DNA from: Octopus vulgaris
Taxonomy: Eukaryota
Length of the DNA: 64,000 bases
Direction: 5' to 3'
Assembly (NCBI GenBank): GCA_951406725.2
Contig: OX597831.1
Span: forward strand, 7,998,001-8,062,000
The notes under the pieces are model-generated. The model did not search any database and was not told where the DNA came from. It saw only the letters and a list, made by a program, of their open reading frames with translations. Both the position numbers and the translations under genes were made by a program. Positions 55,030 to 64,000 of this stretch are shown here, piece after piece; within the stretch, counting starts at the first letter, position 1, and each line of letters begins with the position of its first letter.

Positions 55030-55260
55030 ATCCAATTTTTCTGCCCATTATTCCTGGGAGAGTTGTGGAGATAGTCTTCAGGCACCTCCTCCATGAGGTT
55101 CTGTCAGAAGCAATCGTCATTAGATTTTCCACCTGAATTCTTAACCATAATCTTCTGGGACTGTTGATATTATCCAATCATCTCCATCTCGGTCGACCCC
55201 CCACCACCCTCCCTCAGTCTCCTGCTGGTTGAGTTGGCTTCGAGAAGCTGTCTTGCAATA
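55030..55260 (-). mobile_element. RTE-type LINE C-terminal fragment
   Basis: IARQLLEA...GRPRWR.LDNI...IASDRTSWRR. Confidence 0.7.
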
Positions 55261-55785
55261 CATACAGTTACATATAGCGTGTATGCTTGCATGTGTGCAA
55301 AAGCCTGTCATATGTGTGTGTGTTTGTGTGTGTGTCTGTATGCATGTATGTATATATATGTGTGTGTATGTATGTATATGTATGTATATATATGTGTGTG
55401 TGCATGAGTAGGTGCATGTATGTATATACATATGTGTGTGTATGTATGTATATGTGTGTATATGTGTATACATACATACATATACATGTACATACGTGTA
55501 TGTATATGACAGGCTTCAATACAGTTTCCACCACCCAGATTTCACTCGAAAAAAGTATTGGCCAACCCAAAATTAAGGTAGGAGTAAAAGATACTTATGT
55601 TGTGGCCAGGACATTGAACTCCATTCACTGATGAGGCTCCATCTGGTCCAGGATTTGAGAAGTTTGAGTAGGGAGCTATTTCTAAGTCACCATTCCTCTT
55701 GGGTCCCTTCTAGCCTGGGATAGTAGTTATGTCAAAGGGCACCAGTTATTGCTCAAATAAAAGATGATCCTGTGGCTAAGACACA

Positions 55786-56676
55786 CAGGGTGTTTGGGCT
55801 AAATTTGATAAATTTGTTTATGCCCCCTTTTTTCAGGAACAGCTTGTTGTATTGGTGAACCAGTCAGTGGCATTGGAGAGCATAAAGGTTAAAACTGTAT
55901 TTGAGAAAAAAGTCAGCTGACATGGAAGACCGGATGCCATCTGAATATTGAGAGAGAGTTACCTGCATCATGATGATGGTTCATGCCACCATCATGACTT
56001 CTCCTCACTGCTCTGTGACCACTGTAATGGTTGCAAGATGTGACATGGACAGCTTCATCAGAGACCATGAAGTCATGACCAACAGGAGGGGGGGTGGAGA
56101 CACACTAGGCATTCTCACTGCGTCTGCATGACGAAATTCGTCTCCACATGTTTGAACAGGGTCTTTTGCTCAATTCAGATATGAAGCTGCTAGAGACTGT
56201 GGTTAAGTGCCGGCTGGAGAGAGTTGCTGTTAGAAGGCCATGTGTGTGGCAGCAGGATTTAGCTCCTTGCCATACCTATGCAAAGAGTCAGAAGTGGTTG
56301 TCAGAGGAGTTTTAAGACTTCACCAGCTTCAATTTCTGACACCCTAATTCCTCTGATTGCAATCCCATGTGTGAAGCACAGCTGAGAAACACAACAACTG
56401 CTCTGCCTTCAACACCAAGGCCATGCTGGTCACAAAGATCAAGGTGTTCAAAGACCTTTCCCGGAACTCAATCAGGAAGGCATGTACCAGGTTCTGGAGC
56501 CGTATTGAAACTGGAGTAGAAGCTGACGACTGATACTACTTTGAGGAAACGGTTATCTCCCAGCCATAATCTTGTGGATATTTTTCATGTTTTAGAATAC
56601 TTTATTTTTGGATGGGGGTTATTCGTTTTTCTTTTTCCTTTCATGCAAACTGTGAAATTTAACCCTGAACACCTTG
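55786..56676 (+). mobile_element. internally deleted Tc1/mariner element with both TIRs
   Basis: TIRs CAGGGTGTTTGGGCTAAATTT / AAATTTAACCCTGAACACCTTG; WQQDLAPCHT, PNSSDCNP, SRIETGVEAD. Confidence 0.85.
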
Positions 56677-58411
56677 TAAGAGACTACAATCTCGCCAGTG
56701 ATTAGACATGTTCTGATATTGTGTGAACCAGTCCCTCTTCTTAAGGACCCTGTACCTCAAGGGTTTGTTTGAGAGAGAAGGAAACTATCAGAGTAACTTG
56801 TAAAGAAACTCACTGACGGAAATGGAGAAACTATTTCTGTCTCTTTGCCAAGGAAAATCATGAATATTCAGATTTTGTCATGGAGAAGCATGATTGCTGA
56901 TGATTGTAGGCATGGTACATGAAGAAAGAAAGAGAAAGAGGGGGGAGAGGGAGGGAGAGACAGACAGACAGAAAGACAGACACAGAGAGAGTAAGAGAGA
57001 ATGAGAGATACAGACAGACAGAGACAGAGAGACAGAGAGTGAGAGAGAGAGAAAGAGTGAGTGAGAGAATGAGAGGAAGGGAGAGATAGTTGCTGAAGGC
57101 GTTGTACTGTGGAATTGAACCCAGAGTCACATGATGGTGACATGAATATCTCAACACCACAGCCAGGCCTGTCAGTTCTATCGTAACCAGACAGTCACAC
57201 CTGGCCACCCCTTCCCATTTCTTTATCTCTAATCAACTTTGATTGTTTCATCTTTTACTTGCTTCTTTCCTTCCATTTCCATTCCCAGACAACTTCAGCA
57301 CAAATTGAAAGAAAAGTACTTCACTATTTTCTTCATCAATTCTCAAAGAGTCAAGATATTCCAAAGATAGTTTTGTTTAGATATTTCTCACCTAGAATGG
57401 TCGGTCTTTACATTCAACAGAGATGGTAAAACAGGAATCTGTTGAAACATTCATCTGGAGAAGCAGTGAGAGTTCATTTGCTGCCTGCTGCCACCAACTC
57501 TTTGGCAGATGGCTGTAAACTGCAAGAGAAATCTCTTAACTTCGTCAGTTCCTCAAGTTTCAATCTCTTGAGAACAGAATTGTGTTTATTCTCCCACCCA
57601 CAACCAATAACCGAAAGGTGTGGTTATCAGAGAATGGTGAAGGACTGGAGCTGCAAAAGGATATACAACAGACACACACACACACACACACACACAAACA
57701 AACAAATACGTACACACATCCATACATACAAGCATACATAAATATACATATATACACACATACACCTGTTCATTTGTACGTACATATATACATATAAACA
57801 TACATATATATATATATGCATACACACACACACAAATATATATATATATGCATACACACACACAAATACATACACACATCCATACATACACGCATACATA
57901 AATATACATATATACACACATACACTTGTTCATTTGTACATACATATATACATATAAACATACATATATATATATATACATAATTTATATGTATATATGA
58001 GTGTATGCAGGTGTGCATAAAGTCTTATGTATATATATATACACACACACATACACACACTTGAATTTACAAAACAATAAAAAGAAGATGAAGAATGAAA
58101 AACAAAGTTCTTAACATGACCGAGAAAGAAGAATATAAATCTTTTGGAGGATCAGACTCTGCTGATCCCTTTATGGGGTCAATGGCTACAGGGTGCCGTC
58201 TCAGCACTACAATAAGTGCGTGTGCATGTATGTGCATGTGTTTATGCATACGTGTATATATGGATGTGTGTGTATGTCTGCGTGAATGTGTGTGTGTGCA
58301 CGTGTGTGAGTGTATACACATGTATATAAGTAGGGATGTATACATATACATACATATGGATATATATATTATTTTGTGTAAATGTACATGTGTGTATATT
58401 TACATATATAT

Positions 58412-58444
<33 letters not shown>

Positions 58445-58518
58445 CATACATACATGCATATATATACATATATATACTTACACACACACACTCATAAAAA
58501 GATATATATGCATATATG

Positions 58519-58550
<32 letters not shown>

Positions 58551-58689
58551 CATACATACACACACATACATGCATATATATACATATATATGCTTATACA
58601 CACACACTACACTCATATATAGATATATATGCATATATGTATGTGTGTGTATATATATATATGCATACATACATACATACACACATACA

Positions 58690-58738
<49 letters not shown>

Positions 58739-59373
58739 GTGCATTCATACACAAACACACACACACACACATGTATGTACAGTAAGCTATAATCAATTTG
58801 CTGTTTATCACCTGCGATTCCAGGCATTGTCAGGTTTCTATGTCTATACATTCTCTCTCCCTCTCTCTCTCCCATTCTCTCTTTCTCTCTCTCTCTCTCT
58901 TTCTTTTTTTCCTCTTTCAGTTTCTTTCTGCTGGTGTTTTTATTTATTGTTTCTCTTCATATGTTTTGTTTATTTACTTTGCTTTTTATTTTATTTTTAG
59001 TCATTGAGTGACCATTTAGTTAGTTTACAGTCAGTTTTATTGACTATTCTTATCAGCTGAGACAGATAGGGGTTACTTTGGTCGGTTGGTTGGCTGGCTG
59101 GCTGGCTGGCTGGATGGCTGGATTGATGGATGGATGGATGGATGGAGGAAAGAAGATGGTAGGAATATGAAATAAAAGCAAAAGAAAGCTGTAAAGAGAA
59201 TAATAGAGAGTAAAGAAGGTGAGTGAGAATATGAGAATAGAGAACAGGGAAGGTTTATGAGAATATGAGGAGAGCCTGAAAGAAATGGCGTGGGGAAAAA
59301 GTTGAATGGATGTGACAGACTATAGATTAAAAAGACAGAATTCATAATAGATCGGACCCTCATCAATAGTTCA

Positions 59374-59429
<56 letters not shown>

Positions 59430-59432
<3 letters not shown>

Positions 59433-59613
59433 AAAGTTTATGACAAAAACAAAAGATGAAGACAGGTGGTGTACAAGACAAACAGATGTATTAGTATAAC
59501 GCTCAGGAATAGAAAAAGTCTTTTACGTTTTGAGCCTACGCTCTTCTACAGAAAGGGACACAGAAAAAAACAAGGAGAGAAAAAAATGTGTGCAGTGGCT
59601 AACAATCTATCAT
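59430..59613 (-). mobile_element. short (TA)n-embedded hammerhead-like element, copy B
   Basis: Minus strand CTTT-CTGTAGA-A-GAGC-GTAG-GCTC-AAAA-CG-TA-AAAG at 59520-59555. Confidence 0.8.
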
Positions 59614-59714
59614 ATATATATATATATTGTAATACATGATAATATACTGAGATACAGAAAGATATACATACATGTATATCATGATATATGTAATGATATA
59701 TATATATATATGTC

Positions 59715-59870
59715 ATAGCTACTTGTTGATGTTTTTTTCTTGTCTTTCCATTTCTCCTCTCTCCCTCTGTCACTCCTTTGTGTTCCCTCTTTTATGGTAC
59801 GTTGCCAATCTCCACGGTTGCTGGTAACTGCTTCCCAGTTGCTAATATTGATGTCGCAGGCCTTCATGTC
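59715..59870 (-). mobile_element. RTE LINE C-terminal fragment
   Basis: DMKACDINISNWEAVTSNRGDWQRTIKEG. Confidence 0.75.
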
Positions 59871-60019
59871 CCTTTTATCCAGGATATGACTACACAGCAG
59901 GAGATGTATTAGGACACGAAATGTAAAAGCCGGACTAGATTATTTTATGTGCAACTCCATTGTCTCCCGAGACAAAAAGGATGCCAAGAACAACAACAAC
60001 AACAACAATATATATATAT

Positions 60020-60545
60020 GAAAGACATTTCAAATTGTTAGAATGATTCCACCAAAAATGTCTTCGCCGCATTTTAAACATTAAATGGGGCCGCTTTACT
60101 CCAGACTCAGATGTCTTTCCATCTGGAAGCATCACTTCAATTAAATCAATGATTCTAAAAAATCAAATGAGATGGTCTGGCCATATTGTTCAATTGGCAG
60201 AAGAATGCACACCCAAACAGTTGTTTTATAGTGAGCTTGCAGAGGGGAAACGCAATTGGTTTAAACTTAAAACTAGGTTTAAGGACGATATGAAGACTAC
60301 TATGAAGTCCAAAGACCACAGAAACTCTTGCTTCAGATTGAGTTAGATGACAAACAAAACTGTGGAGTGGAGTAAAAGCTTTTGAGGAGGCCAGGATGAC
60401 ACATGCAAGACTCAAGAGAAATTTAAAGAAGAATGTTGCGATTGGGAAGGTGAATCTTAGTGACCTTTTTGTGTGCACGGTTTGTGACAGACCATGCCTT
60501 TCTTTTGCTGGGATCAAATCTCATTTGTGGACCCATGAAAAATGA
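60020..60545 (+). mobile_element. RTE LINE C-terminal fragment with C2H2-like tail
   Basis: FHQKCLRRILNIKW, MRWSGHIVQL..PKQLFYSELAEGKR..RFKDDMK, CTVCDRPCLS. Confidence 0.85.
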
Positions 60546-60926
60546 ACTTCCACCTATTATTCTGTCTATATATCTGTGCACACCTTTCAATGGCATGTAT
60601 GCCATAAAGTCTGTAAATCTAACGGAGGCCTCAAAGGACATTTTAAGATCCACAAAGATCAGAGCTTAACTGCTGCTCTTAGTTGTCCAAATCAGATATG
60701 CAATCTATGTGGGTGTCTTTTCAATATATTGTCTGGTTAAAAAAAAACATATCAGACGCCATGATGGATCTAAGGTGTAAATACTAGAGGTGGTTAGACT
60801 CTGCATAAGGAGTAGACAACCACCATATATATATATATATTGTTTTTCTCCTAATGAGATCAGTGAGTGTGTGCCACTTTAAAAGTAAAAGGCCTAGTGC
60901 CACCATCTCTACGCAACAGTTATTCC

Positions 60927-60966
60927 GTGCTGATGAAAAGAAATAACCTAGAAACCATTGGTTCAC
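60927..60966 (+). ncRNA. hammerhead motif with damaged stem II
   Basis: GTG-CTGATGA-AAAG-AAATAA-CCTA-GAAA-CCA-T-TGG-TT-CAC. Confidence 0.6.
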
Positions 60967-61345
60967 AGGTACCGTTTAGGGCTGAGTGAGGACATTAGCT
61001 CCCATGTTTGCGGTATAAGGATGCAGCTGTGTGTTGATAGCCAGCTGGAAAAAATGTTTTCCTAGGGCTAAAAAGGTAGTAACACTGTCCTAATTAGGAC
61101 TGCCACTTTATATTGGCAAATAGACTTTGTTCCCTTTCTCTCTCTCTCTCTTTATATGTATATATATATATATATATATGTGTGTGTATATTCAAAAGGC
61201 AAGACCGCTAGGTAGTCAGCTGTATGCTAGAAATAGATCACCAATGATCAAACTACAAAGAATGTTCTCTAGAGGAAAATTCAGCGAACACCAGAACAAT
61301 TAGGTGGGCAAGACAGATGAAAATTATATAAAAAAACAGAATTAC

Positions 61346-61421
61346 TCACAGACCGGCGGTTTCAACTATTAACAAAAGAATTACTTACTTAATCCAAATG
61401 TCCGTAGTTTCGTCAGTGTGA
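61346..61421 (-). ncRNA. complete type I hammerhead ribozyme motif
   Basis: Minus strand TCACA-CTGACGA-AACTA-(loop)-TAGTT-GAAA-CCG-C-CGG-TC-TGTGA; 5-bp stems I and II, GUC triplet. Confidence 0.85.
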
Positions 61422-61699
61422 TCGTTCAGACAAATGCAATTTGCAAAACTAACCCCAGCTTTCTGTGCCAAAACAGACACGTGTTTAATTTTATCGATTA
61501 CATTAGGGATAATTTCAAATGTCTTAGTTCCGGTGCGCTAAAAATTCCGGAAGCGAAAAACTGCAGTAAATAATTTACTGTGGTTAGTGCTGCCTATTAG
61601 AGAACATATTTATTTTAATATTTAAATAATGAGGGAGATAAATATTTCACAGTTGGAAGAAGGCAGTCTGGGTCAAATACGTCTTTTGAGTATGTAGAT

Positions 61700-61883
61700 G
61701 ATTTTGATCTCGTATAGAAGCAGTTTTTGAAGCTGAAGGTGGCTTTATTGAATAACATTATAGAAAAGAAGGTTTATTTTTATCCTCATAGCATTTTTTG
61801 ATAAATAAAGTTATTATCTGTTATTATATATCTGATTTTTTTTAATAAACATTAATCTGTCCTCAAATATCTTACACACCCTG
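61700..61883 (+). mobile_element. Tc1/mariner 3' end
   Basis: SRIEAVFEAEGGFIE* followed by a TIR-like CACACCCTG. Confidence 0.7.
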
Positions 61884-62329
61884 AGTATGTATGTATGTAT
61901 GTATGCATGTATGTATGTATGTATGTATGTATGTATGTATGTATGTATGTATGCATACATGCATGTATTTATGGCATTTGCAGAACTCTGATACATTGAA
62001 ATGACAGAAGAGTCCACCACCACCACTTGTATGTGTGTGTGTGTGTGTGTATAATTATAATCATAGCTATCACCTCATTAGCACATCATGTCAGATCATG
62101 GCTAGCATCATATTCCGAAATCAAAAGGAGCGCCATAAGACTTCGACTGATACAAAGAGGAACATGTCGCAACTCCAAAGGAAGATCCTGTAGGACAATA
62201 TTTTCATTCTCTATCACAAATAACATTATGCAATTCATACGATGTTATGTCTGTCGTCCAGTGTTACGTAATCCATGCTATGATAGGTGGAAATATGTCT
62301 TAACTCTACAGTCTTCAGATGTCATGATT

Positions 62330-62640
62330 TGAAGGTCAATTTGTCGGAAAAAGCAAAAGAAAATCACTACATCAGATCTAAAAGGTTCTTAAACAAACTG
62401 AAAAATCCAGCAGAAAAATATTTGCTTTGGTTTTTCTCAAATGAGAAAAACTTTGACCAAAATCAAAAAGTTAACAGAAGAAACGACAGATGGTTATGTG
62501 CAGATCTTTCTCAAGTTCCAAGTGTTATGCATACGAAATTTCCTACAACTGTCATGGTTTTAAGGGTTGTCAGCAATGAAGGACATGTGATGCCTCCTGA
62601 CGTATTTCCACAAGGCCTTAGAGTTAACTTTAATGAATGC
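62330..62640 (+). mobile_element. Tc1/mariner catalytic-domain fragment
   Basis: WFFSNEKNFDQNQKVNRRNDRWLC...TKFPTTVMVLRVVSNEGHVMPP. Confidence 0.85.
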
Positions 62641-62824
62641 TTTGGGGTGAGTTCACTTGGGTGTGTCACAATACGGAAATAGACTGGAGCCATGCAGTGA
62701 AACTGAACCCAGAGCCATGTAGATGCAAAGCAAGCCCTTTAACCACATAGCTATGTCTTCACTTTATCTATCTATCTATCTATCTATCTATAAATATATA
62801 TATCTATATATCTTTATATATCTT

Positions 62825-62866
<42 letters not shown>

Positions 62867-62867
<1 letters not shown>

Positions 62868-63095
62868 GCCATGATAGATCGTTAGCCATATATATATGCC
62901 ATGATAGATCGTTAGCCACTACACACATTTTTTTCTCCCCTTGTTTCTCTCTTTGTTTTTTCTGTGTCCCTTTCTGTTAAAGAGAGTAGGCTCGAAACGT
63001 AAAAGACTTTTTCTATTCCTGAGCGTTATACTAATGCATCTGTTTGTTTTGTGCACCACCTGCCTTCATCTTTTGTTTTTTTCGTAAACTCTCCC
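62867..63095 (+). mobile_element. short (TA)n-embedded hammerhead-like element, copy C
   Basis: CTTT-CTGTTAA-A-GAGA-GTAG-GCTC-GAAA-CG-TA-AAAG at 62970-63005; the 5' 21-mer is duplicated. Confidence 0.8.
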
Positions 63096-63302
63096 TTTAT
63101 ATATATATATATCATCATCATCATCATCATCGTTTAACGTCCGTTTTCCGCGCTAGCACGGGTTGGATTGTTCGACCGGGGTCTGGGAAGCCAGGGGCTG
63201 CTCCAGGCTCCAGTCTGATCTGGAGTTTCTACGGCTGGATGCCCTTCCTAACGCCAACCACTCCGCGAGTGTAGTGGGTGCTTTTACATGCCACCTGCAC
63301 GT

Positions 63303-63396
<94 letters not shown>

Positions 63397-64000
63397 GTGT
63401 GTGTGTATTTATATATGTATGTATGTATGTATGTCCAGCCTCCAATATATATATATATATTGGAAGCTGGACAACTCCCCGGCTGGCCAGCTCTTGTCAA
63501 ACTGTCCAGCCCATGCCAGCATGGATAGCGGATGTTAAACAATGATGATGATGATGATGATATCGATATAAGTTGATGGAAGCAATTTCGTCTAATTTAT
63601 CTCATGCAGAACTACAATGAAACGCTTGCAGCTGACATGAGCACATCTAACCCTTGAGGAAGTCGTCTAATATTTTCATTATTCAGCTATTTCGACCTCG
63701 ATTACTTGAACGACAGACTGGTTAGGTAAGCTACACTCAGCTGTCATAAGACAGAATAAAACTGGTTTATTATTGAGAAGATCATGTCTGTGTGATTAGA
63801 AAACATTGCCAATCAATGTTACTCTCTCAAATTAAAGATACCCCAGAGAATAGTTTTAAATGGTGGGGGTCTCTGTTTCAGCTTAAAAAGCTTTTATCTA
63901 TTTTTTTTTTTGTTCCTTTCTTAACACACACACACTGTTCAATTTGTATTCTAAATTGGTAGGAAATTTTCTGAAAGCTTTTTCTATTTGTAAAAACATA

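Noticed and set aside
55628-55680. CTGATGA followed by a GGCTCC/GGAGCT stem as a hammerhead
   Set aside because: No GAAA, stem III or stem I pairing

Overview
AT-rich eukaryotic DNA dominated by microsatellites and retroposons. The tRNA-headed SINE families and the (TA)n/(TATG)n/(GAT)n load suggest an octopus or other cephalopod genome (inference, no search run). Nearly all supplied ORFs are simple-repeat artefacts. Supported content: decayed RTE-clade LINEs (one family has a PHD-like Cys/His module inside the RT region), several Tc1/mariner relics, hAT and Tc1 MITEs, a Gypsy integrase remnant flanked by a local duplication, a 35-bp minisatellite grown from a LINE 3' end, an old ~120-bp satellite and long fold-back hairpins. 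There is also an RFX X-box in a CpG-retaining first 6 kb and two in-phase candidate exons of an unidentified + strand gene. The main unexpected signal is a dense set of type I hammerhead-ribozyme motifs read directly from the sequence. Two are complete with canonical cores (47948-48032 and 61346-61421, both minus) and one is near-complete (11384-11424). Three copies of a ~200-bp (TA)n-embedded element carry a U at the A6 core position, and there are several decayed copies, one apparently co-inserted with a SINE inside a 15-bp target-site duplication.
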